From positions 540,001 through 572,000 of the forward strand of contig OW818675.1 in NCBI GenBank assembly GCA_942493095.1: a stretch of 32,000 nucleotides of DNA, read 5' to 3'. Shown here one piece after another: positions 8,877 through 17,273 of the stretch. The position numbers and the translations under genes were made by a program. Within the stretch, counting starts at the first letter, position 1; each line of letters opens with the position of its first letter. The notes beneath the pieces were generated by a model. It did not search any database. It was not told where the DNA came from and saw nothing but the letters and a program-made list of their open reading frames with translations. The stretch comes from Candidatus Electronema halotolerans. GTDB taxonomy: Bacteria > Desulfobacterota > Desulfobulbia > Desulfobulbales > Desulfobulbaceae.

Positions 8877-11800
8877 ATGAAAAACAGCAAAATGCTCATT
8901 CTGTACATTGTCATGGCGGCTGGGCTGATTGCGCTGGTCCTGCTGGGCGGCATCTTTGTTGTTCTCAAGCATCAGGAGCATCTTGATCAGGATATCAAAA
9001 TTTACCGCTCCTCTTTGAGTCAAGAAGGAGAGTCACTGAAACAGAGCTTCAATCAACTTGTCAGCATCTCCACCCTGCTGGTTAAAAATCCGGTCATCAT
9101 CAACACGCTGGACAAGCATCTGGAGGGGCAGGAGGCCTCACGGATTGCGGCGGGCATGGTTGACAGAAGTTTGGATGCTGTTGCCGCCATTGAGAACATC
9201 GCCTCGGTCTTTTTGGTCAGCTTGGACGGCACCTGCCTGCATTCCAGCAAAAGGGACCTGGTTGGCAGGAATTACCGCCAGAGCATTTATGTCCGCAACG
9301 CCCTGCGGAGCGGACATGGTCTCTACGCCGTCATGACAGTGACCGATGGCCGGACCAAGCTCTACTATGCCCAGACGGTCAGAAACGGCAATCTGCCGCT
9401 GGGCGTGGCTGTGCTGGAAATCCGGCCTGCGTTTTTTCATCTTCACTCCTTCACCACCGCCTTCACCACTGAGCCGCCCAAGCCAGAGGAAATGCGCATG
9501 GGCCTGAGCACGGACGGCAGCATTCTTTTCAACACCACAGACGGCTCCTTGGCTTCCCTGAAGCCGCTGGCCGCTGACATTCTGCCGCCCCGGAAAGATC
9601 AGCCGCTGCCCATCCAAGTGCTTGACTTTCCCGGCTACAGCAAGGAGAATCTCTTTAATGAAGAGTTCCTGCAGCTATCGGACAGCGCAGGCCGGGAGTA
9701 TTATTTTTTCTGCGAACCGGTTGTCAACCGGAGCCTGTCCCTGATTCATCTGATCAGCAAGGACTGGTTCCGCAGCAACTATCATCCCGCCTCCTCTGAC
9801 TATTCCGGCTATATCGGCATGCTGGCCGTGATGCTGCTCATCATGCTGATCCTCCTCTACATGGTCAACCGCCGCCACCGGCAGGCCATGCAGGCTGCCG
9901 AGATTCTAAAAATCGAGGCGGAGCGGCGGATCAAGGAGAAGGAGAAATACGAGGCGATCATCAACCGCAATCCGCAGGGCTTCTGGCTGGAGGATGACAG
10001 CAGCGGCCTGATTCTCGAAGTCAACCAGAGCCTCTGCGAGCTGCTCCAGTTGGAGGCCGGGCTGATCATCGGCCATCATCCTGGTGAATTCGTTGTCCGC
10101 AGCTCCGGCGAGATCAAAAGCAAAGCCAATATTTCTCAGGAAGGCAGGCTGCGGCTACAGCACGGCGGCGCAGTTGACGTGCTGATCAACTCATCCTGCA
10201 TTGCCGCGCCCGGCAGCAGGGAAAAGCTCTGCTTCTCCTTTTTTGCCGACATTTCCGAGCGGAAACAGGAGCAGGAGCAGCTCTTCCTCTTTTCGCAGGC
10301 TGTGGAGCAGAGCACCAGCGCCATTGTCATCACGGACCGCAATGCCAAGGCCGTGTATGTCAATCCGTTCTTCACGGAAATGACCGGCTGGACCAAGGAG
10401 GACCTGCGGGACGCGGATCCTGGTCTGCTGGCTGCCGGCGAGACTGATGCCGAGATGAGCCGGGAAATCTGGCGGCAGATCAGCAGCGGCGGCACATGGC
10501 GGGGCTTCCTCAGGCGGCGGCGCAAGGATGGCCGTCTGTACTGGGAAGGACAGACTGTCTGCCCGCTTTATGATGACAAAGGAGAGATTTCCTATTATCT
10601 TGCCATTAAAAACGACATCACCCAGCGTCTGGAGCTGGAGCGGCAGTACAAGGCCCAGTTGGCCAAACTGGAGCTGATGGTTGAGCATGCGGCCATCGGC
10701 ATTGCTCATGTGGTGGAGGCTCAATTTGCCTGGATCAGCCGGGCGGCCACGGAAATGTTTGGCTATGAGGAGGAGGAGGCCCTCCTCCTGCCCATGACCG
10801 CAATTTTTGAGCATGAGAACGCCTGTCAGGAGGCGCTCCGGCAGGCGGAGGAACGCTTTGCCAAGGATCAGATTTTTCATGCTGACCTGCGCATGCGGCG
10901 CAAAGACGGCAGCCTGTTCTGGTGCTCGCTGACTGGCAAGCTCATCGACCTGAACTCGCCGGAGCAGGGGGCTGTCTGGCTGCTCAAGGACATCAGCCGC
11001 CAGAAGGAGGAGGAGCGGCAGCTGCAGTTAGCCAAGGAACGGGCGGAAGAGGCCAATCAGGCCAAGAATGATTTTCTCGCCAACATCAGCCACGAGCTGC
11101 GCACGCCGATGAATGCGATCATCCTTGGCATGAAGCGGCTGGCCTTGGATCAGGAGCTGCTCAATGAGGAGCAGCAGCAGTGCGTCATCAGGGCCCAGCA
11201 TGCGGCAGACTTCCTCTTGGGCCTGATCGACGATCTGCTCGATTTCGCCAGAATTGAGTCAGGCAGGCTACAGCTCTCCACTGCGCCGTTTGAGCTGGAG
11301 GCGGCAGTGCGCAGGGCAGTGCAGTCGGTCCGCTATCCGGCAGAGGAAAAGGGCCTGAGCCTGGCGTGGGAGATCGCTCCTGAGATTCCGCGCTTTGTGG
11401 TCGGAGATGCGTTGCGTTTGCGGCAAATTCTTGTTAATCTGCTCAAGAACAGCATAAAATTCAGCGAACAAGGCGAAATTTTCGTCCGGGCCGCTGTGGA
11501 GAAGCGGCAGGAGGATGAGCTGCGCCTGCTTTTCCAAGTCTTTGATCAGGGCATTGGCATTCCCTCGGACATGCTCCATGATATATTTGAAAAGTTTGTC
11601 CAAGTTGACAGCAGCGTTCGCAGAGTGCAGGAGGGTGTCGGTCTGGGTCTGACGATCTGTAGTCAGCTCTGCACCTTGATGGGCGGCAGGATTGGCGCGG
11701 AAAGCGAGCCTGGCCAAGGCAGCGTCTTCACCTTCACCGCAAGGTTCGGCCTGACTGAGGAGGAGCTTGAGCCGTCCGAACCGCCGCAGCCCATGCGCAT

Positions 11801-12656
11801 TTTGGTGGTGGATGACAATGAGGCCAACCGCTTTCTCGCCAAAGCCATGCTGCGGCGGGACGGCCATGAAATCATGGAGGCGGCCAACGGCGAGGAGGCC
11901 CTGCGGCAGCTCCTGAAACAGGACTTTGATGCCGTGCTCATGGACGTGCAGATGCCGGTCATGGACGGACTGGCTGTGACGCAGGTCATCCGGGCCTGCG
12001 AGGAGGAGAACTGCTGTCTGAACACCATGAACATGCCCAGCGACTTCTGCGAGGCACTGCGCAGCCAGCTCAAGGGCGGGCATCTGCCGATTGTTGCGTT
12101 GACAGCGAACAATTTCAAAGTGGATGAGCAGCGCTGTCTTGCCTGCGGCATGGATGCCTATGCTGCCAAGCCATTCAGCACCAAGGAAATTTATCAGGCA
12201 TTCAGGAAATGCTGCCTGCAGGGACGGCAGCGGCTGCCAATGGCGGCGGACTGCGCCTGCATGGCGCAACAAGCACAGGCCGGGGAGGCTGACATGACGG
12301 GCATGGAGGAGAAGAAAAACGACGGATTGGTGGTGGCGGTTGCCGAACATCTGAAAAACATATACAGTCTGGAGCCGGACCAGGTGGAGCAGATGGTGCG
12401 GATTTCAGCCAGCTCGATCAGCGAGACCTTAGCTCAGGCCAAAGAGGAGCTGGCTGCCGATGATCTGCGCGCATTGTCAGGCTCCGGCCATAAGGCCAAA
12501 GGGGTGCTGCTCGGCATCGGCCTCAAGGAGGAGGCCGAGCTGGCCCGGCAGCTTGAGCTGAAAGGCAAGGCCGGAGAAGCGGCAGACTATGCCGGGCTGC
12601 TGGCCCGTCTGGAGGAGGCTCTGCAGCCGCTGCTGATGCTGAACAGTGCCGCCTGA
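8877..12656 (+). CDS. Hybrid sensor histidine kinase (TM - Cache-like periplasmic domain - TM - PAS repeats - HisKA - HATPase_c - REC - Hpt)
   Basis: - H-box ISHELRTPMN, His codon 11091-11093
- NLLKNSIKFS, DQGIGIP, GVGLGLTI
- Receiver ILVVDDNEANR ... DAVLMDVQMPVMDG, Asp codon 11943-11945
- C-terminal Hpt GHKAKG
- AGGAA precedes the ATG. Confidence 0.9.
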   Translation: MKNSKMLILYIVMAAGLIALVLLGGIFVVLKHQEHLDQDIKIYRSSLSQEGESLKQSFNQLVSISTLLVKNPVIINTLDKHLEGQEASRIAAGMVDRSLDAVAAIENIASVFLVSLDGTCLHSSKRDLVGRNYRQSIYVRNALRSGHGLYAVMTVTDGRTKLYYAQTVRNGNLPLGVAVLEIRPAFFHLHSFTTAFTTEPPKPEEMRMGLSTDGSILFNTTDGSLASLKPLAADILPPRKDQPLPIQVLDFPGYSKENLFNEEFLQLSDSAGREYYFFCEPVVNRSLSLIHLISKDWFRSNYHPASSDYSGYIGMLAVMLLIMLILLYMVNRRHRQAMQAAEILKIEAERRIKEKEKYEAIINRNPQGFWLEDDSSGLILEVNQSLCELLQLEAGLIIGHHPGEFVVRSSGEIKSKANISQEGRLRLQHGGAVDVLINSSCIAAPGSREKLCFSFFADISERKQEQEQLFLFSQAVEQSTSAIVITDRNAKAVYVNPFFTEMTGWTKEDLRDADPGLLAAGETDAEMSREIWRQISSGGTWRGFLRRRRKDGRLYWEGQTVCPLYDDKGEISYYLAIKNDITQRLELERQYKAQLAKLELMVEHAAIGIAHVVEAQFAWISRAATEMFGYEEEEALLLPMTAIFEHENACQEALRQAEERFAKDQIFHADLRMRRKDGSLFWCSLTGKLIDLNSPEQGAVWLLKDISRQKEEERQLQLAKERAEEANQAKNDFLANISHELRTPMNAIILGMKRLALDQELLNEEQQQCVIRAQHAADFLLGLIDDLLDFARIESGRLQLSTAPFELEAAVRRAVQSVRYPAEEKGLSLAWEIAPEIPRFVVGDALRLRQILVNLLKNSIKFSEQGEIFVRAAVEKRQEDELRLLFQVFDQGIGIPSDMLHDIFEKFVQVDSSVRRVQEGVGLGLTICSQLCTLMGGRIGAESEPGQGSVFTFTARFGLTEEELEPSEPPQPMRILVVDDNEANRFLAKAMLRRDGHEIMEAANGEEALRQLLKQDFDAVLMDVQMPVMDGLAVTQVIRACEEENCCLNTMNMPSDFCEALRSQLKGGHLPIVALTANNFKVDEQRCLACGMDAYAAKPFSTKEIYQAFRKCCLQGRQRLPMAADCACMAQQAQAGEADMTGMEEKKNDGLVVAVAEHLKNIYSLEPDQVEQMVRISASSISETLAQAKEELAADDLRALSGSGHKAKGVLLGIGLKEEAELARQLELKGKAGEAADYAGLLARLEEALQPLLMLNSAA

Positions 12657-12666
12657 GACAGATGTC

Positions 12667-13815
12667 ATGAGAGTCATCTTCTGCGAGGAATGCGGAGGTC
12701 GGAACAATGTCCGGGAAGAGCTGCTGGAGCGGATTGACAGTCAGCCGATCATCTGTCAGTTCTGCGGCAATGTCATGTCCAAGGAGACTGTCATTCAGCA
12801 CAGGTGCTCTGTCAAGACGATCAACACCCTGCATTATCATCTGCTGTTCATTGATGATGATGTCTTTCATCTCCAGCTCATGAAAAAGACGCTGGAAAAG
12901 GAATTCACGGTTTCCATCGCCTCGACCGGCATCCACGGCCTTGACTTGGCAGCGGCCAGGCAGCCGGACCTGATTCTGCTTGATCTCAACATGCCGGGCA
13001 TGGACGGGTATGAGGTCTGCCGCCGCCTGAAGGAGAATCCGAAAACGCGGCGGATCGCGGTCATCTTTGTCAGCGCCCGCGACCGGGAGGACGATGAGTG
13101 CCAGGGCTTCAGCTTAGGCGCGGTTGACTACATCAGCAAGCCGATCAACCTCCAGATTCTCAATGCCAGGATCATGGTCCAGCTCAGGATCAAACAGCTT
13201 CTTGAGCAGCAGCGGCTTCATTCTGACAGCCTGATCCAGTCGCTGCACCAGAACACCATGGCCACGGAAACGGAACTGGATCAGCTCCGCCGGGAGAACA
13301 GCAGGCTGCTGGCCATGTTGGACAGTGTGCAGGAAAAGATTTTCGTTGAAAACAGGGAGGGCCAAGTTTCCTGGGCCAACCGGCAGGCAGTCGAGTTTTT
13401 CGGTCTGTCCCTGACTGCCCTGCTGGGCCGCACCAGCAAGGAAGTTCTCAGCAGCGGCGGCGCCTCCTGTGACGAATGCCTGCCTGCCGCAAACGGCTGC
13501 CAGGCCAAGTTTCTCCATCTGCCGCTTTTTAATGAGGACGGGGAGGCGGAAGGCTGCGCCCATATCCTCCAGGAGAATCCGGCCCAGCTCTGCCAGGCCG
13601 CAGAGTTGGCGATCAACAGCTTTATTGACCGGAACCGGGAGGCGATCCGGGAAAATTTGGCAACCATTCTCTTTGGCATTGATGCGGTCAGCAGCATACT
13701 CAGGGACAACAAGGAATTTGAAACAGTCAGCCGGCCAGTGGTCAAGGCGGCGGAGCGGCTGGATCAGATGGTCGGCACACTGCTTGACTTTCAGCGGCCT
13801 GACAGGGAAAGCTGA
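12667..13815 (+). CDS. Response-regulator receiver protein with N-terminal 4-Cys zinc ribbon and C-terminal PAS-like plus DHp-like region
   Basis: - MRVIFCEECGG...ICQFCG gives a CxxC-N20-CxxC ribbon (12682-12765).
- REC motifs are FIDDD, LILLDLNMPGMDG, IFVSA and ISKP.
- The PAS-like segment is LLAMLDSVQEKIFVENREGQVSWANRQAVEFFG.
- No recognisable DNA-binding or enzymatic output.
- Start is ATG 12667, 10 nt after the kinase stop. Confidence 0.8.
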   Translation: MRVIFCEECGGRNNVREELLERIDSQPIICQFCGNVMSKETVIQHRCSVKTINTLHYHLLFIDDDVFHLQLMKKTLEKEFTVSIASTGIHGLDLAAARQPDLILLDLNMPGMDGYEVCRRLKENPKTRRIAVIFVSARDREDDECQGFSLGAVDYISKPINLQILNARIMVQLRIKQLLEQQRLHSDSLIQSLHQNTMATETELDQLRRENSRLLAMLDSVQEKIFVENREGQVSWANRQAVEFFGLSLTALLGRTSKEVLSSGGASCDECLPAANGCQAKFLHLPLFNEDGEAEGCAHILQENPAQLCQAAELAINSFIDRNREAIRENLATILFGIDAVSSILRDNKEFETVSRPVVKAAERLDQMVGTLLDFQRPDRES

Positions 13816-13847
13816 ATGTTTAATGAACTTCTTCAGCAGCATGGAAC

Positions 13848-14540
13848 ATGAAAAACGTGCTTATAGTTGACGATGATCTGGGGTTTCAGCGGCTGCTGGG
13901 CATCAGTTTGAAAAAATACAAGCAGGATTTCGACATCATACTCTCCAACAACGGCGAGGAGGCCATTGGCGTGCTCAACCGCAAGCCAGTGGATCTGATC
14001 ATCACCGACCTGCAGATGCCGAAAATTGACGGCCTCACCCTGCTGGCGTACATCAATGATGCCTTTCCCAAAATGCCCTGCGTGATCATGACCGCCCATT
14101 CCACGCCGGACATTGAGAAGCAATTTGCCCAAACCGGACAGCTCCTTCTGAAAAAGCCCTTCACAATCAACAAGCTGGTTGAGGCGATTCACACGGCCCT
14201 GAAGCCGCGTTCAGCTGCTGACGGCATGTTGAAAGGCATATCCGTGGCCAATTTCCTCCAGATGATCGCCTTGGAGCAGAAGACCTGCCTGCTGGAGATC
14301 ACGGCTTCGGGCGGAGACAAGGGCTTCTTTTACATTGAAAACGGTGATGTCTTTGATGCCGCCTTTCGTGGCCTGACCGGTGAGGAGGCAGCCTACGCCC
14401 TGATCGGCACGGACGGGGCCAGCATCCGCTTCACCAACATTCCGGCTAGCAAAAAGGTGAAGCAGCGCATTCAAGCAAGCCTGATGGCCTTGATCATGGA
14501 GGCCATGACCCGGAAAGATGAAACCATTGGCAGCCCCTGA
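13848..14540 (+). CDS. Response-regulator receiver fused to a C-terminal DUF4388 (PATAN-like) domain
   Basis: REC motifs VLIVDDD, LIITDLQMPKIDG, VIMTA and LKKP. The C-terminal half, GISVANFLQMIALEQKTCLLEITASGGDKGFFYIENGDVFDAAFRGLTGEEAAYALI, matches the DUF4388 pattern. Confidence 0.75.
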   Translation: MKNVLIVDDDLGFQRLLGISLKKYKQDFDIILSNNGEEAIGVLNRKPVDLIITDLQMPKIDGLTLLAYINDAFPKMPCVIMTAHSTPDIEKQFAQTGQLLLKKPFTINKLVEAIHTALKPRSAADGMLKGISVANFLQMIALEQKTCLLEITASGGDKGFFYIENGDVFDAAFRGLTGEEAAYALIGTDGASIRFTNIPASKKVKQRIQASLMALIMEAMTRKDETIGSP

Positions 14541-16281
14541 GCCGGACAGGCCGCCTGAGCAGAGCAGCGATGCCCCGCATATCCTGATTGTTGATGACCG
14601 GCGCAGCGATCTCCTCCTGCTGGAGGCCATTCTCAGAGGGCACAGGTTCCGCTCTGTCGCTCTTGCCGACCCCACCAAGGTCGTGCAGCACTGCAAGGCT
14701 GCGCCGCCCGAAATCATTCTCTTAGATATCAGCATGCCCAAGCTGGACGGCTTTCAAGTCTGTGCCCAGCTCAAAAGCGATCCCCGGCTGGCTGAGATTC
14801 CCGTGCTCTTTCTCACTGCCATGAGCGAGGTGGCCAGCCGGATCAGGGGCTTCAAGGTCGGCGGGGCGGATTTTCTGACCAAGCCTTACGAGCCTTCCGA
14901 GCTGATTGCCAGAGTCTCGACCCACATCAAGCTGCGCCGGACCCAGTTGGAGCTGGCCCGTCGCAACCAGCAGCTCACAGAACAAATCAATGCCCTTGAG
15001 CGCGCTCATGCGGCCCTGCTGGCCAGCGAGGCCCGCAACGAGGCCGTGCTCAACAATGCGGGCGTGTGCCTTGGCCTGATGAACATCGATTGCGGCTATG
15101 AGCAGGTCAATGAGATGTATGCCCAGATTTTCGGCTATTCTCAGGAGGAATTCCGGCAGATGCGGCTCTGGGACATGCTGCATCCCGACTTTGTCGCTTC
15201 GGCGCAGGAGACGGTGAACCGGCTGCGCAGCGGCAGGCTGGAGCAGCATTATGCGGTCAAGCAGTTTGTCCGCAGAGACGGGTCGCAATTTCCCGGCGGC
15301 CACTGGCTCAGTCCGCAGCGGGACAGTGACGGCTTATGCAAGGGCTTTGTCTGTGTGATCAGCGACCTGACCGAGCAGCAGAAGGCGGAGGACAGGCTGC
15401 GGCTGGCGCACACGGTCTTTGAAACCAGCTCGGAAGGCATGCTGATCACAGACGCGGCCAACCGCATCATCATGGTCAATCCCGCCTTTTCCGTGATCAC
15501 CGGCTATCAGCCGGAAGAGGTTTTGGGCAAGGATCCCTCGTTCCAGAATTCTGGGCGGCATGGCAAGGAATTTTATCAGCAGATGTGGGTCGCTCTGCTG
15601 CGGCGCGACCGCTGGCAGGGTGAGGTTTGGAACCAGCGGCGCAATGGCGAGGTCTATCCGCAATGGCTGTCCATCTCGGTCATCCGCAGTCAGGATGGCG
15701 GGATTGTCAACTATGTGGCCCTGTTTTCCGACATCAGCGAACGGAAAAAGGCTGAGGAGCGGCTGCGCTATCAAGCCATGCACGATCCGCTGACCAAGCT
15801 GCCCAACCGGATCATGTTTGATGAGCGGCTGCGGGCCGCCCTTGCCCGCGCCCGGCGGCAGAAAAGCCGGGTGGCCCTGCTCTATCTGGATTTGGACAAT
15901 TTCAAAATGATCAACGACAGCTTTGGTCATTTGGCCGGAGACCGCTTTCTCCAGCATGTCGCCGAGCAGATGCTCGCCTGCCTGCGTCTTGAAGACACGG
16001 CAGCCCGGCTGGGCGGTGATGAATTCTGCGCCGTTATTGAAGACATTCATTCAAATCAGGAGGCAGTGGCTGTGGCGGAACGGATTATTCAGGCGCTTGG
16101 CTCGCTCAACTGCGCTCCTGACGACCAGAAACACCTGCGCACCAGCATCGGGATTGCCATTTACCCTGATCACGGGCAGGACGCGGAAGGCCTGCTCCGC
16201 TGCGCTGACAATGCCATGTATGCTGCCAAACGGCTCGGCAAGGGCCGCTGCCAGTTAGCCGGAAACTTCACCCGCTCTTGA
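14518..16281 (+). CDS. Response-regulator diguanylate cyclase (REC - PAS - PAS - GGDEF)
   Basis: - REC motifs ILIVDD, IILLDISMPKLDG, LFLTA and LTKP
- Two PAS domains
- GGDEF at 16012-16026
- RxxD I-site (RLED) at 15985-15996, five residues upstream of GGDEF
- 23-nt overlap with the preceding gene. Confidence 0.9.
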   Translation: MKPLAAPEPDRPPEQSSDAPHILIVDDRRSDLLLLEAILRGHRFRSVALADPTKVVQHCKAAPPEIILLDISMPKLDGFQVCAQLKSDPRLAEIPVLFLTAMSEVASRIRGFKVGGADFLTKPYEPSELIARVSTHIKLRRTQLELARRNQQLTEQINALERAHAALLASEARNEAVLNNAGVCLGLMNIDCGYEQVNEMYAQIFGYSQEEFRQMRLWDMLHPDFVASAQETVNRLRSGRLEQHYAVKQFVRRDGSQFPGGHWLSPQRDSDGLCKGFVCVISDLTEQQKAEDRLRLAHTVFETSSEGMLITDAANRIIMVNPAFSVITGYQPEEVLGKDPSFQNSGRHGKEFYQQMWVALLRRDRWQGEVWNQRRNGEVYPQWLSISVIRSQDGGIVNYVALFSDISERKKAEERLRYQAMHDPLTKLPNRIMFDERLRAALARARRQKSRVALLYLDLDNFKMINDSFGHLAGDRFLQHVAEQMLACLRLEDTAARLGGDEFCAVIEDIHSNQEAVAVAERIIQALGSLNCAPDDQKHLRTSIGIAIYPDHGQDAEGLLRCADNAMYAAKRLGKGRCQLAGNFTRS

Positions 16282-16328
16282 GCGGCAGCCGCAGGCCGAC
16301 CTGCAAAAAACAACTTCATCAGTCAGAT

Positions 16329-17270
16329 ATGACCGCACCTCTCCACATCGTCTTCATGGGCACCCCGCTCTTTGCCCAGCCCAGCCTGCAAGCTCTGCTC
16401 AATGGCCCGGATCACGTAGTTGCTGTAGTCTGCCGGGCGGACGCGCCCCAAGGCCGGGGCCGGAAATGCTGCCCGCCGCCGGTCAAAACACTGGCCGAAG
16501 AGACCGGGATTCCCGTGCTGCAGCCGGAATCAATCCGCACTGAGGAATTTCTTGAGCAAATCCGAGCTTTCCATCCTGATTTGATTGTGGTCATTGCTTA
16601 TGGTAAGATTCTGCCGGGCAGTTTGCTCCATCTGCCGCGTCTTGGCACGATCAACGTGCATGGCTCACTTTTGCCCAAGTACCGGGGAGCCGCTCCCATT
16701 CAGCGCGCCCTGATCAACGGCGAGAAAGAAACTGGCGTGACCATCATGCAGATGGACGAAGGCGTTGACACCGGCGACATCCTCCTGCCAGCCCGTCTGC
16801 CGATCAGCAAAGACGACACCAGCGGCAGCCTTGCCGACAAGCTGGCCCGGCTCGGCAGTGAAACTCTGCTTGAGGCCATTGCCCGGCTCAAGGAAGGCCG
16901 TCTGCAAGCGGTCAAGCAGGATGAGGCGCAGGCCACTTATGCGCCCCTGTTGGACAAAGAGGAAGGACATCTTGACTGGACCAAGCCTGCCGCAAAACTG
17001 CACTGCCTGATCCGGGGGCTTGACCCGTGGCCTTCGGCTTATGGTTTCATTGACAACCGCCGCTTCCGTTTTTTCCAGCCCAAGGTGATGCCGGGTGAGG
17101 TCAAAGAAGCGCCAGGCACCCTCTGCCGGGCCGACCGCTTTGGCGTGCTGGTGGCCACAGGCAAGGATTATCTGCTGATCCGGGAAATCCAGCCGGAAGG
17201 CAAGAAGCGGATGTGCGTCCAAGCCTGCATCTGCGGCATGAAGCTGCCTGTTGGCGGCCAGTTCTCTTGA
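16329..17270 (+). CDS. fmt: Methionyl-tRNA formyltransferase
   Basis: IVFMGTPLFA N-terminus, the HGSLLPKYRGAAPIQRA motif, and a C-terminal Fmt-type beta-barrel domain. ATG 16329 was chosen over the ORF-track start 16278 because it gives the canonical family N-terminus. Confidence 0.9.
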   Translation: MTAPLHIVFMGTPLFAQPSLQALLNGPDHVVAVVCRADAPQGRGRKCCPPPVKTLAEETGIPVLQPESIRTEEFLEQIRAFHPDLIVVIAYGKILPGSLLHLPRLGTINVHGSLLPKYRGAAPIQRALINGEKETGVTIMQMDEGVDTGDILLPARLPISKDDTSGSLADKLARLGSETLLEAIARLKEGRLQAVKQDEAQATYAPLLDKEEGHLDWTKPAAKLHCLIRGLDPWPSAYGFIDNRRFRFFQPKVMPGEVKEAPGTLCRADRFGVLVATGKDYLLIREIQPEGKKRMCVQACICGMKLPVGGQFS

Positions 17271-17273
17271 ATT

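Noticed and set aside
10755-10780. GAG/GAGG purine-rich run (encoding YEEEEAL) within the second kinase, considered as a repeat or slippery site.
   Set aside because: It is short, in frame, and simply encodes an acidic linker between PAS domains. There is no evidence of frameshifting or expansion.
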